The position numbers were made by a program, and so were the translations under genes. Positions 19,274 through 28,868 of a stretch of 35,648 nt of DNA are shown here, one piece after another. Location: positions 1 through 35,648 of the forward strand of contig CAZBLF010000009.1 in NCBI GenBank assembly GCA_964492935.1, written 5' to 3'. Position 1 is the stretch's first letter. Every line of letters starts with the position of its first letter. The stretch is from an uncultured Methanosarcinales archaeon (lineage in GTDB: Archaea; Nanobdellota; Nanobdellia; Woesearchaeales; JACPBV01). Under the pieces are notes generated by a model. It was given only the letters and a program-made list of their open reading frames with translations. It was not told the origin of the DNA and ran no database searches.

Positions 19274-21004
19274 ATGGCTACATTGAAAAAGGAGGTCTTC
19301 GCTCTCAATCACCTTTATGACCTCTTAAGAATATCGGGGGCACAGTATTCAGCCAACGAAGCTAAGCTCGATCAATACTACGATGAGTTGCTTGAGGGAA
19401 ATCTAGAACATACTCATGAATGGAGAGATATGTGGTTAGAACACATCGACAATTTGGAAAAAGTAAAATCTCAGTGTTCTCGTAATTTTCCAGGTGCGGT
19501 AAATCAACTAAAAGATTTTGTAAAACTCGCTGTTCAGCACCATATTTTTCAGCTACTACCAGAAGATACTTCTTCACAAGAAAAGAAAGAGATTGTTGAT
19601 TCGATGCGACGAGCAAATCAACTGCTCAGAACAGAGACCGTCAACGAGAACCGAATCCTAAAAAAGCATCTTCCTAAGGGAACCAATCTACTAGAAAAAA
19701 TGATCAAGAATAGATCCCCTCTCAAAAGAAAGGAAACAAAAGAGGTAACTCTCCTGATGCATCTTAACACCGAATTTGCTGACACCTATGAGAAAATAAA
19801 GCGAAGTATCCAATTCATTCACCACGTTAAGCGACCATTGTATGGTGCAGAAAAAGACCACCTCGCACAACTTATTCACGAGCTAGTTGAAATCGTAACT
19901 AAAGAGTTTGAAGCCATATCAGAGGTAAGGCTAGATTCTGAATTAGACGAGGCCTGGATCAAGAAAGATTTAGCCTCTTACGAAAAAGACTTTCCTCCCG
20001 ATGCCCTACCATACGTCCGCGAAATTGATACTAAACTGACAAATTTCCTCAAAAAAGATGCGGATTTCGCAGCAAAACTGGAAGCGGAAGAAAAAGCTAA
20101 CGGGAAAGAAATTCAGCAGCAACTGGTAGAAAAGAGGGAGAGGAGCAATATTCTCATCGGCACACCAGGATTTTATTTCCAGGAGATCATCATCGTTTAT
20201 GGTACTCATTCAAGCGAAAAAACCGCACAAGAAATGGCAATGATAGCCTACGATTTTCTGAAACAAAAAGGATTTCCTGTAAAGATTGTTGGGCAGTGGC
20301 AGGATCTTGACAGGAAGATGGTGATGGCATACAGAAAAAGGAAAGGAAAGAAAATGAGAATGGAGAAGACAGAGGGGATTGAAGCTGAAAATATTCCCAA
20401 ATGGACTGATTCACACGAAGCTAGCAACAAGGAATTTGTCCTTTCCTCCAGAAATCCACGAGCAGTCATCTGTAGTTTTCACAATTCTGGAGTCAATAGA
20501 GCCAGTATTTGGGGCGGGTGTCGCGATGTAATCACAAGGCAGGAGCGAGAGGAACGTGCTGCATCCTGGCACAGGACAAAGGATACGGGGAATTGGAAAG
20601 TAAAGTTTCTGTTTGACCCCAATGATCCTTGGGAATATACTCTTAACGATCGAAAAGTTGATAAGAATCAAGGTCACATCTGGTGCGGACCTTATAAGGA
20701 TAATTTGAATCTATGTGTTTTTGAATTTCCTATATATTACAAGAATCAGAAAAATTCCCCTACGGATTATTGGAAGGGAGCATCAGCTGCAACTCGAGCG
20801 TTGTTCGAAGAAGGCGATGAGGGGATAAATCAGTATTACGTCATTCCAGACCTAAAAAAGACCTACAACTCCCCTTTTAGTCCAAGAAATCTCACACCCA
20901 TATTTCTACATGGTTTCTGGAGATTAATGAATGACACCTATAACAATAGAAATTGGATAGAGAAATGGGGATGGAAACTTGAAAGGCATACAGACATTTT
21001 CTAA
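19274..21004 (+). CDS. Hypothetical protein: helical N-terminal half plus a putative Zn-hydrolase (amidase/M14-like) C-terminal domain
   Basis: 576-aa ORF with TATA (TTTATA 19245-19250) upstream. Motifs IIIVYGTHSSE, VICSFHNS and CVFEFP. Confidence 0.7.
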   Translation: MATLKKEVFALNHLYDLLRISGAQYSANEAKLDQYYDELLEGNLEHTHEWRDMWLEHIDNLEKVKSQCSRNFPGAVNQLKDFVKLAVQHHIFQLLPEDTSSQEKKEIVDSMRRANQLLRTETVNENRILKKHLPKGTNLLEKMIKNRSPLKRKETKEVTLLMHLNTEFADTYEKIKRSIQFIHHVKRPLYGAEKDHLAQLIHELVEIVTKEFEAISEVRLDSELDEAWIKKDLASYEKDFPPDALPYVREIDTKLTNFLKKDADFAAKLEAEEKANGKEIQQQLVEKRERSNILIGTPGFYFQEIIIVYGTHSSEKTAQEMAMIAYDFLKQKGFPVKIVGQWQDLDRKMVMAYRKRKGKKMRMEKTEGIEAENIPKWTDSHEASNKEFVLSSRNPRAVICSFHNSGVNRASIWGGCRDVITRQEREERAASWHRTKDTGNWKVKFLFDPNDPWEYTLNDRKVDKNQGHIWCGPYKDNLNLCVFEFPIYYKNQKNSPTDYWKGASAATRALFEEGDEGINQYYVIPDLKKTYNSPFSPRNLTPIFLHGFWRLMNDTYNNRNWIEKWGWKLERHTDIF

Positions 21005-21056
21005 TAATAGTAGAGTACCCCTTAAACAATCGCATCATTATATGCTGAAAAGGTGT

Positions 21057-22913
21057 TTACAGAATACTCTCGAAGCCTTTCGGTTTCTTTGCGTCGTTGT
21101 CTAGATAGATTCTTGCCCAGACTTCGAAGTTTAATAATGTCCATAATTGTCTGCTGGCGTAGATTTTGGACTTGTTGTAGTTGTTGAAGAGTTTTTCTAC
21201 GTAGTTGTGCTTGATGAGTCCGCGCTTTGCCAGGGATTCTTTTGAGAGTAGGTCTTGCGCTGTGCTTTTCAGTTCTTTTCCTAGCCATTCATGGACGGGG
21301 ACATTGAAGCCGTGCTTTTTTCGTTTGTAGATGGATTTTGGGACGCGTTTTTTCATTGCTTGTCTTAGGATGTACTTTTCTTTGTTGTGTCTTAGTTTTA
21401 GCGATGCCGGTATTTTGGATGCTAGCTCAATCATATCGGGATCTAGGAAGGGAACGCGAGCTTCTAGACCGTGAGCCATCGTGGTTTTGTCTACTTTCAT
21501 GAGCAGATCTTCTGGGAGCCAGGTTTTGAAGTCTAACGTTGTTAAGGCGTCGGTTAATGGTCGTTTTTTGAGATAGGGAGTTACTAGCTCGGCGGAGTGG
21601 CCTTTTGATTCTGGATGGAGCATGAGCTCTTGCTTTTCTTGCTTGTTGAAATAGGAAATTAAATTGAGATAGTACTCGGTTGTGGAGGATGATTTATTTA
21701 ATTCTAGGAATCTTTTTGCTGCAGAGGAGGAGGTAAAGGGTGCGGCTACTCGTGACATCAATTTTCTTACTACGAGAGGAGTCATGGTTTTGTAGGTGTT
21801 GAACGCGTTGAGATATTTGTACTTTCTATATCCTGCAAATAATTCGTCGGCGCCTTCACCGGTTAATACAACGGATACTTTCTTCTTTGCGAATTCGGAG
21901 AGGATATAGGTAGGGATAGAGGCGAAATCTGCTATGGGCTCGTCCATGTGCCACATGATTTTTGGAAGTAATTCGAATGATTTCTCTTTTACGAAGATTT
22001 CGTGGTGGTCGGTATCGTAGGTTTCTGAAGCAATTCTTGCAAAGGTACTCTCGTCGTAGCCCTGGCCGTGCTCGAAGCCTACGGAAAATGTTTTTATGGG
22101 CTGGTCGTTTAATTCTTTCATTAAGCTTACAATATAGGTTGAATCTAGGCCACCGGAAAGGAAGACTCCTAGAGGTACATCACTCATTAATCTCTTGCGT
22201 ACTGCTTCTTGTAATGTGTCATCGATCTTTGATGCATATTGGTTGTCCTTTACGGGCTTTATCGAGAGATCCCAGAACTCTTTTTGTGTTAGTTTTCCTG
22301 ATTTGTAGATTGCATGATGGCCAGGAGGTAGTTTTTGGATGTCTTGGAAGAGTGTTTGTTGGTCAGGGGTGTAGCGGAAGGTGAGGAACTTTTGGAATGC
22401 TGGTTTACTTAGATCCTTGGAGATGTGTTCATGGAGTAAAATAGCTTTTAGCTCAGAGGCGAAGACTAATTTCTTGTCTTTTATCGAGTAATAGAGGGGT
22501 TTGACACCTGCACGATCGCGTGCTAGGAAGAATTCCTTTTTGGTTGCGTCGTAGATGGCGAATGCAAACATTCCGTTGAATTTTTCTACACACTTTGCTC
22601 CATATTCTTGGTAGGCGTGAAGGATTACTTCGGTATCGGTTTCTGATTTGAATTTGTGGCCTTTAGTTCTTAGCTCATCTCTTATTTCCTTGAAATTGTA
22701 GATTTCTCCGTTGAAGGTGATGGTTAATGCTTCATTCGTCATGGGTTGTTTGCCGGCATTGGACAGATCTATGATGCTTAGTCTTGCATGGCCTAAAGAA
22801 CAGTTCTTATCGGTATAGATTCCATCTTGGTCGGGGCCGCGATGTTTTTGGATTGCGACCATGCTTTTGATGAGCTTACTGTCGTCCCATGAAAATCCGG
22901 TTATTCCGCACAT
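21057..22913 (-). CDS. asnB: Asparagine synthase (glutamine-hydrolysing) family amidotransferase
   Basis: MCGI N-terminal nucleophile, HRGPD, RLSIIDLS, FNGEIYN, LSGGLDS, TGEGADELFAGY and EARVPFLD. Confidence 0.96.
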   Translation of the reverse strand: MCGITGFSWDDSKLIKSMVAIQKHRGPDQDGIYTDKNCSLGHARLSIIDLSNAGKQPMTNEALTITFNGEIYNFKEIRDELRTKGHKFKSETDTEVILHAYQEYGAKCVEKFNGMFAFAIYDATKKEFFLARDRAGVKPLYYSIKDKKLVFASELKAILLHEHISKDLSKPAFQKFLTFRYTPDQQTLFQDIQKLPPGHHAIYKSGKLTQKEFWDLSIKPVKDNQYASKIDDTLQEAVRKRLMSDVPLGVFLSGGLDSTYIVSLMKELNDQPIKTFSVGFEHGQGYDESTFARIASETYDTDHHEIFVKEKSFELLPKIMWHMDEPIADFASIPTYILSEFAKKKVSVVLTGEGADELFAGYRKYKYLNAFNTYKTMTPLVVRKLMSRVAAPFTSSSAAKRFLELNKSSSTTEYYLNLISYFNKQEKQELMLHPESKGHSAELVTPYLKKRPLTDALTTLDFKTWLPEDLLMKVDKTTMAHGLEARVPFLDPDMIELASKIPASLKLRHNKEKYILRQAMKKRVPKSIYKRKKHGFNVPVHEWLGKELKSTAQDLLSKESLAKRGLIKHNYVEKLFNNYNKSKIYASRQLWTLLNFEVWARIYLDNDAKKPKGFESIL

Positions 22914-24073
22914 GTTGCCTCTTTGTAGAGTTTGATGAACTTTTTAGCAGAGTCATCCCAGGATACTTTGGATGTGAGGATGTTTTTTCTTGCTGTCTTT
23001 GCTAGTTTCGTAGCTTTGGTGTTGTTGTTGAGTAATTCGATTGCCGCTTTTGCTATTGCATTTGGATTTTTTGTAGGTACGAGGATGCCATTCTTCTTGT
23101 TTTGAATTAATTCGTTGGTTCCAGGTATATTGGTTGCGATGATGGGTAGTTGAGACAGCATTGCCTCGTAGATTACATTGGGTCTTCCTTCTGTGAGGCT
23201 GGGAAGGATGAATAGATCTGCTTTCGACATATAATCTGCCACTTTCTCTGGAGATACTGAATCTATCATCTTGACCTTGCTTTGGAGTCCTGCCTTTTTT
23301 ATTGTTGTTTTAATTTTGCTCTTGAGGGAGCCACTACCTATGAGTTGGAGGATTGCTTGTGGATGTTGTTCGTGTATTTTTGTAAAGGCGTTTACGAGAT
23401 CTAGTACTCCTTTGCGCTCTATGAGCCAGCCTACGAAGAGGATTTTTTTTTGTGATGTTTTAGCGCGAGGTTTGTAGAGCTTGGTATCTACGCCATTTGG
23501 AATGGAGATGATCTTGCTTTTTGGAATTCCTAGCTTTTTTATGCTTTCTAGGTGATGGATGTTGTTTGGTGTAATGTAGTCTGCGTTCTTTAATACGCTC
23601 TTGAGGATGGGCTTCATCCATTTGCTTTTCGAGGCTTTCTGAACGGCGACTCCTCGAGTGGAGATGATTAACGGTTTCTTGAACATCTTTTTGAGGTATA
23701 CTCCTACTAGGCCGGAGAGCGACCATTGCGCGTGGATGATGTCGGCATTGCGAGCGTACTTGATTGCTTTTAGGAAGTAGACAAAGAGATAGGGCATTAA
23801 TTCTATTTTTGAGAGATGGGAGCGTTTCAGGTTATGAGGTAGGCCGCCGCCTTTATGGAGGCCTTGGAGCGTTGCCGGATAGAGATATTGGAAACGATGT
23901 ACACGAACGCCGTTGATGGTTTCTTCTTTGTCTTTTCCTTTATGGTAAAATGGACAGACTACATCGACTTTTACTTTATTTCTTGCTAGGGCCTCCGCTA
24001 AACTGAGAATAAAAGGGCTTTGATGGTGGCCTTTGTGCGAGGGAAATGAGGTCGTCAGCATGCAGACTTTCAT
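22901..24073 (-). CDS. Glycosyltransferase family 4
   Basis: MKVCMLTTSFP, PNGVD, FVGWLIERKG and FILPSLTEGRPNVIYEAM. ATG 24073 has TTATATAAA ~21-29 nt upstream. Confidence 0.92.
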   Translation of the reverse strand: MKVCMLTTSFPSHKGHHQSPFILSLAEALARNKVKVDVVCPFYHKGKDKEETINGVRVHRFQYLYPATLQGLHKGGGLPHNLKRSHLSKIELMPYLFVYFLKAIKYARNADIIHAQWSLSGLVGVYLKKMFKKPLIISTRGVAVQKASKSKWMKPILKSVLKNADYITPNNIHHLESIKKLGIPKSKIISIPNGVDTKLYKPRAKTSQKKILFVGWLIERKGVLDLVNAFTKIHEQHPQAILQLIGSGSLKSKIKTTIKKAGLQSKVKMIDSVSPEKVADYMSKADLFILPSLTEGRPNVIYEAMLSQLPIIATNIPGTNELIQNKKNGILVPTKNPNAIAKAAIELLNNNTKATKLAKTARKNILTSKVSWDDSAKKFIKLYKEATCAE

Positions 24074-24112
24074 GTGCTTACTAGTGCTTTTTCTTATATA
24101 AAGGTATTGCAC

Positions 24113-25312
24113 TTACTCAGAAAAAAACTCGATGATTTTATCGACGATATATTGTTTTTCTTCGTCTTTTAGGTAGTGGTGGCAGCCGAAATAGAATCCG
24201 TTCTTTCTGACGTTTTCTGCTACTGGGAAGTCTTTCTCGATGTCGCCAAAACGTTCTTTGATGAAGGGTTGATTTAGTAGCGGTACCATATCTCGGGTTT
24301 CGATCTTGTTCTCTTCTAGGAAATTTACCAATTGTTCCTTTGTCTTAGGACTATCTTGCTTGACCACAATAGGATACATCATGAAGCCGTGGTCGCGGTC
24401 TTCTTTTGTGGCTGGAAGTTGGAGATAGTTAGCTACTGATGCTAATTGCTCGGTGAAAAATGCAGCATTTGCTTTTCGCTTGGTGATGATCTCGTCTACG
24501 ATGTCTAATTGGCCGAGACCTATTGCTGCTTCGAACTCGGTTGCGCGGAAACTGTGGCCAAGTCTGACGAAATTAAATCTTCGTGATACGATGGATGCTA
24601 ATTCTTCTCCTTTTTTGTCGGTGTCGGCATCCATATTCAGATAGATTGAGTCGCGGCCGTGATTCATGTAGCTGCGGAGCATGATGGCTAGGTCGTTGTC
24701 GTTGGTTAAGCAGAATCCGCCGACGCCGGTAACGAGGAAATGTGCTATATAGGTTGAGAAGCAGGAGATGTTGCCGAACGAGCCTACAGGCTTGCCCTTG
24801 TATTTTGCAAACATGGCCTCGCAGGAGTCCTCGATGACTTGTAGCTTGTGTTTATTCGCGATCTCCATGATCGGATCCATATCGCAGGGTTGTCCGAAGA
24901 GATGGACGGGAATAATGCATTTTGTTTTATCGGTTATTTTTTCTTCAATCTTCTTTGGATCCATGTTGTAGGTGTCGGGTTCGATATCTACGAACACTGG
25001 TTTTAAGTTTGTGTGTAGAACGACATTGCAGGTTGAAATGAAGGTTAGGGCAGGAATGATGATTTCGTCGCCGTCTTTCCAGTTAAACTTTTCTTTTAAT
25101 ACTGCGAGAGACATGTGTAATGCTGATGTTCCTGAATTGCAGAAGAGAGCGTGCTTGCACTCGTGATGCTTTGCAAAGCGTGCCTCGAAATCTTGACTTA
25201 AAGGGCCATAGGAGATTCTACTGGATTCTATTACTTTCGCTAAGTATTTCTTTTCGTGTTCGGAGATAACGATGTCTCCAGTTCCTATTTGTTTTTCGGG
25301 TGTATAGGTCAT
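24113..25312 (-). CDS. DegT/DnrJ-fold PLP/PMP enzyme with His instead of the catalytic Lys (ColD/E1-type 3-dehydratase-like)
   Basis: NSGTSALH, PVHLFGQPCDM, IEDSCEA and FSTYIAHFLVTGVGG, with His where aminotransferases have SFxxxK. Confidence 0.85.
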   Translation of the reverse strand: MTYTPEKQIGTGDIVISEHEKKYLAKVIESSRISYGPLSQDFEARFAKHHECKHALFCNSGTSALHMSLAVLKEKFNWKDGDEIIIPALTFISTCNVVLHTNLKPVFVDIEPDTYNMDPKKIEEKITDKTKCIIPVHLFGQPCDMDPIMEIANKHKLQVIEDSCEAMFAKYKGKPVGSFGNISCFSTYIAHFLVTGVGGFCLTNDNDLAIMLRSYMNHGRDSIYLNMDADTDKKGEELASIVSRRFNFVRLGHSFRATEFEAAIGLGQLDIVDEIITKRKANAAFFTEQLASVANYLQLPATKEDRDHGFMMYPIVVKQDSPKTKEQLVNFLEENKIETRDMVPLLNQPFIKERFGDIEKDFPVAENVRKNGFYFGCHHYLKDEEKQYIVDKIIEFFSE

Positions 25313-25328
25313 TTTACTGTGTATACTC

Positions 25329-25411
25329 AAAGCAAATAATTATCGAACATTTCTTTGCTTTTCGTAATAAGCAAATGCAATATCCCTGTTCGGAAATTAG
25401 TTGCCTTTGCT
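25329..25411 (-). repeat. Nested inverted repeats upstream of the ColD-like gene; candidate structured 5' leader
   Basis: AAAGCAAA/TTTGCTTT (25329-25361) and AGCAAAtGCAA/TTGCcTTTGCT (25370-25411). Their loops carry complementary CGAACA (25344-25349) and TGTTCG (25387-25392). Confidence 0.55.
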
Positions 25412-25465
25412 ATATTGGGGTCGTTTAACGGTTTTTAAACATTGCCTTTAAGTGCATTGCTGAGG

Positions 25466-27148
25466 CTATTTAGAAAATCGTAAGGAGAAAATCTTCTTGA
25501 TTGCACGCATTCCGGAGCTTGCGATGGGCATTTTGGTCTCGCCTGAATCGCGTTCGATGAAGTCGGTGGGTGCTTCTATTACTTTCAGTCCTGCTCGCTG
25601 GGCTTTAACGGTTAATTCTAGGCAAAATTCTGGGTGGTGGTGGTCGTGTACCTGGTCTTTGACTTTGTTGTATGCCTTTCGTGAAATGGCACGATAGCTG
25701 TGGGTGTTGTCATTCATTTTTGTTCCGAGTAGATATCTGATGACCTGATTCATGAGCCTGCTAGAGTATTGTTTGATCCATTTCTGGCCGATGATGGTGC
25801 AGGCAGGGATAAATCGTGAACCGATGATCATGTCGTATCCGGTGTGGATGCCGTAGACGAAATCGATGATGGTGTTGACGTCGGGAGAGCCATCGGAATC
25901 CATGATGCAGATGATGTCGTTAATTGCATTATCTAATCCTAGTTTATGTGCATAGCCTAATCCTTTCTTGTTGGGATTTACTAGCAGTTGTACATTTGAA
26001 TTTGATTTCATGACCTGTCTTACGACGTCTGCGGTTCCATCGGGACTTGAATCGTCAACGACTAGGATTTCGTGCTTTTTTACGATGGTTGAAAGTAATT
26101 GTTCTGTTTTCTTGATGGTTGCAGCGATGATTTTCTTCTCGTTGTAGCTGGGAAGGATGACGGTTATGGAAAGGTTGAGTTTGTCCCTATTTTGTTCTAG
26201 ATAATCGCGTTTGAACCATCTTGAAGTATTAAGGATGCCTTGCTGGAGTGAGATCTCGTTGTTGTACTTGTAGGATTGAAGTTTGGTGGTGTCGAATGCT
26301 AGTAGTGGTGTGTCGCCCTCGCGCTTTGTTTGCTCATTCTTTAGATCTGGAGCATTTGAGAAGTAGGAATGGATCTTTTTTGCGATTTCTTTGAGTGCGT
26401 ATTCTTCGCCGGAGCCTACGTTGACGATGTCTCCATTGAATTCTGCATGCTCGATGGATGCTATTGTTGCATCCACCTGATTGGTGACGTAATTGATGTC
26501 TCTACGTTGTTTTCCGGAGCCTTTGATGAGAATAGGTTCTTTGTTTTTGTTGATGAGTGAGTCATGATGTTTTTTAATGAGATCGTAGACGAAGAGTTTC
26601 TTTTGTCTCGGTCCATAGGTTCCGGAATAGCGTAGGATGAGGGTTTTGAGTTTGTTATCTTTGGCGTAGGACTGTGTGTGGATGTCGGCTGCAAGTTTGC
26701 TTTTTCCGTAGGGTGAGAGTGGTATGGTATCATCTTGCTCGTTTATTTTTCTGTTGATTGAGCCGTAGACCCCGATGGTGCTGGCATAGACGAAAAGTGG
26801 CTTCTTTTCCTTTTTGGAGAGGCACTCTAGGATGCGCTTGGTTGATTCTTCATTGAGTTTGAATTCTCGCTCTGGATTCTTAAATGAAGGCCAGATTTCG
26901 GAGGTGCCTGCGAGATGGATGACGATATCGAAGGATTCGCGGTTGAGGTAGGTGAGAAAATCATCGGAAAGGATGTCATATCGTAGTTGTGTGACTTTCG
27001 GATGTACATGAGGATGGAGGGTTTTGCCTATTGCTACTACGTCATTGTTCTTACATAATTCGTTTGCAAGGTGGCTTCCGATGAAGCCGAATCCGCCTAC
27101 TACTGCGATTCTTTTTCCCTTGAGCTCTCTCGTTTTATTCTGAACCAT
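25466..27148 (-). CDS. Fusion: NAD(P)-dependent sugar epimerase/reductase (extended SDR) plus DPM1-like GT2
   Basis: N-terminal VVGGFGFIGSHL, YAST, SPYGKSK and YGPRQ. C-terminal ILPSYNEK, VVDDSSPDGT, MDSDGS and IGSRF. Confidence 0.88.
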   Translation of the reverse strand: MVQNKTRELKGKRIAVVGGFGFIGSHLANELCKNNDVVAIGKTLHPHVHPKVTQLRYDILSDDFLTYLNRESFDIVIHLAGTSEIWPSFKNPEREFKLNEESTKRILECLSKKEKKPLFVYASTIGVYGSINRKINEQDDTIPLSPYGKSKLAADIHTQSYAKDNKLKTLILRYSGTYGPRQKKLFVYDLIKKHHDSLINKNKEPILIKGSGKQRRDINYVTNQVDATIASIEHAEFNGDIVNVGSGEEYALKEIAKKIHSYFSNAPDLKNEQTKREGDTPLLAFDTTKLQSYKYNNEISLQQGILNTSRWFKRDYLEQNRDKLNLSITVILPSYNEKKIIAATIKKTEQLLSTIVKKHEILVVDDSSPDGTADVVRQVMKSNSNVQLLVNPNKKGLGYAHKLGLDNAINDIICIMDSDGSPDVNTIIDFVYGIHTGYDMIIGSRFIPACTIIGQKWIKQYSSRLMNQVIRYLLGTKMNDNTHSYRAISRKAYNKVKDQVHDHHHPEFCLELTVKAQRAGLKVIEAPTDFIERDSGETKMPIASSGMRAIKKIFSLRFSK

Positions 27149-27230
27149 TAGTCCTTGGAATCAAAAGTGCTTATTAAAAGCTTTTCATTCATGCGAAGAT
27201 TTATTAAATGCTAAAGCGCTTCAATAGAAG

Positions 27231-28868
27231 ATGGATGGCGGGAACAGGTTATCGTTGCGGAAAACGTACCTACTGATTATTTTTCTGGCTTTAGTGGTTC
27301 AATTATTTCACTCGTATCCGAGTTTAACGGATAGGTATGCGATTGCGGATGATGTTCGGCTCAGCGTGTATTGGATGCAGTCGTTTTCTGACAGTTCTTT
27401 GTACCCAGACGATGTGTTGACTTCGTATTCGGCCTATGCGTATGGGCAGCCATTAGGTTTTGTTGCTCTCTATCGGGTGTTGATGCTGTTATTTGGTGAT
27501 GCTTTGTTGGTGTTCAAGCTGTTGCCGTTCTTGTTGGTGCCTCTCGCTGCATTGTTTATGTTTAAGATTGGTGATACCCTTCGTGATAAGCGCTTAGGAT
27601 GGTATTTGGTTGGATTGTTCCTAGTATTCTTGCCGTTGATGAATGTCTTTAGAGGATATTACAAGGATATGGCAGTCTTGTTGTTTGTGATGTTTGTGTA
27701 TTACTTACTTTCTTCGGATTTTTTGAAGACTTCTTTGGTTATGGTGTTGACGGTGTTCTTTTATCCGAGCATTACTTTGATTTGTCTGTTCTTGATGTTC
27801 TTTGATTTGTTGTATCGTTTATATCGTACAAAGATCTTGGCGAACAAGAAGGTGATTGTCCATTATGGGATTGGTTTTGTTGTGGTTCTGGGGTTGTTGT
27901 TGCAGCTGTATGTGTTGACGGCTACTACTGAATATGGTTCGTTTATTAGTTATGACCAGGCTGCAGAGATGCCTGAATTTTACGCTGGTGGGAAGATGCG
28001 CTTTTCTGGCATTCCGGTGTTGCCGTTGAGTGCCTTTGTCAATCCGATGATTGGGCTAACGGCGAAGATGTTTGTTCCGGAAGTTTTTGTGTATGGGAAA
28101 GCATTCTTGAATGGCTTTTCATGGCACCTTGCTTTTGTTGCGTTGCGAGTATTACTTGTGGTGGCGTTTTTTCTTTATCTAGGTATTCGGTTTAAGGGGT
28201 CGAAGCTGCCTCGTGTCTTTTGGATGTTGTTGGGGACTTCGTTGGTGTTGTCGTTGTTGGCTAAGCTCTTTGCATTCCATCTGTTTTATCCTTCACGTTA
28301 TTGGCGCTTTACCTATCCGCTTTTGGTAATCCTGTTTGCGGGATTGGCATTGCATAGGATGAAGCGTGTTGCGGTGTTCTTTGGTTGTGTTGTTGTGTTG
28401 TTTGCTATTCCGATGGTGCAACTTGGGCAGGGGATGATGGATAGTACGGAGTGTGGTGAACAGGCTGGATTGCTTGACTTTATTTCGGGATTGCCGGTTG
28501 ATGTGATGGTTGCGGGGCATCCGTACGATATGGATTGTGTTCCTACCTTTTCTAAAAGATCTGCATATGTGACGTTTGAACATACGCTGCCTCACCATGT
28601 TGGGTTTTATGCTGAGATGGAAAGAAGGACGAACGCGGTGTTTGATGCTTATTATTCCTCTGATGTGACTTCAGTGGGTGCATTTTGCTTAGAAGAGGGT
28701 GTTGATTATTTTGTGTTTGGTAAAAGTCGGTTTGAGGATGCCTCTTACTTTAAGCCGTATTCAGCTCGAATAGATGCGCTCCTTGATTTGAATGCAGGGA
28801 ATTTTGCTTCTGAGAAATTTGATGATTTCGTGTATGAGGATGAAGAATATTCTGTACTTGCGTGTTAG
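27231..28868 (+). CDS. Polytopic membrane protein, GT-C-like
   Basis: IADDV acidic pair after TM1, QPLG, FYP, YPSRY, ~11 TMs and a C-terminal soluble domain. Confidence 0.6.
   Translation: MDGGNRLSLRKTYLLIIFLALVVQLFHSYPSLTDRYAIADDVRLSVYWMQSFSDSSLYPDDVLTSYSAYAYGQPLGFVALYRVLMLLFGDALLVFKLLPFLLVPLAALFMFKIGDTLRDKRLGWYLVGLFLVFLPLMNVFRGYYKDMAVLLFVMFVYYLLSSDFLKTSLVMVLTVFFYPSITLICLFLMFFDLLYRLYRTKILANKKVIVHYGIGFVVVLGLLLQLYVLTATTEYGSFISYDQAAEMPEFYAGGKMRFSGIPVLPLSAFVNPMIGLTAKMFVPEVFVYGKAFLNGFSWHLAFVALRVLLVVAFFLYLGIRFKGSKLPRVFWMLLGTSLVLSLLAKLFAFHLFYPSRYWRFTYPLLVILFAGLALHRMKRVAVFFGCVVVLFAIPMVQLGQGMMDSTECGEQAGLLDFISGLPVDVMVAGHPYDMDCVPTFSKRSAYVTFEHTLPHHVGFYAEMERRTNAVFDAYYSSDVTSVGAFCLEEGVDYFVFGKSRFEDASYFKPYSARIDALLDLNAGNFASEKFDDFVYEDEEYSVLAC

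Noticed and set aside
21022..21288. 88-aa basic ORF
   Set aside because: Alternative frame overlapping the conserved 3' end of asnB.
24113..25312. Perosamine synthase-type aminotransferase
   Set aside because: His rather than Lys at the Schiff-base position.
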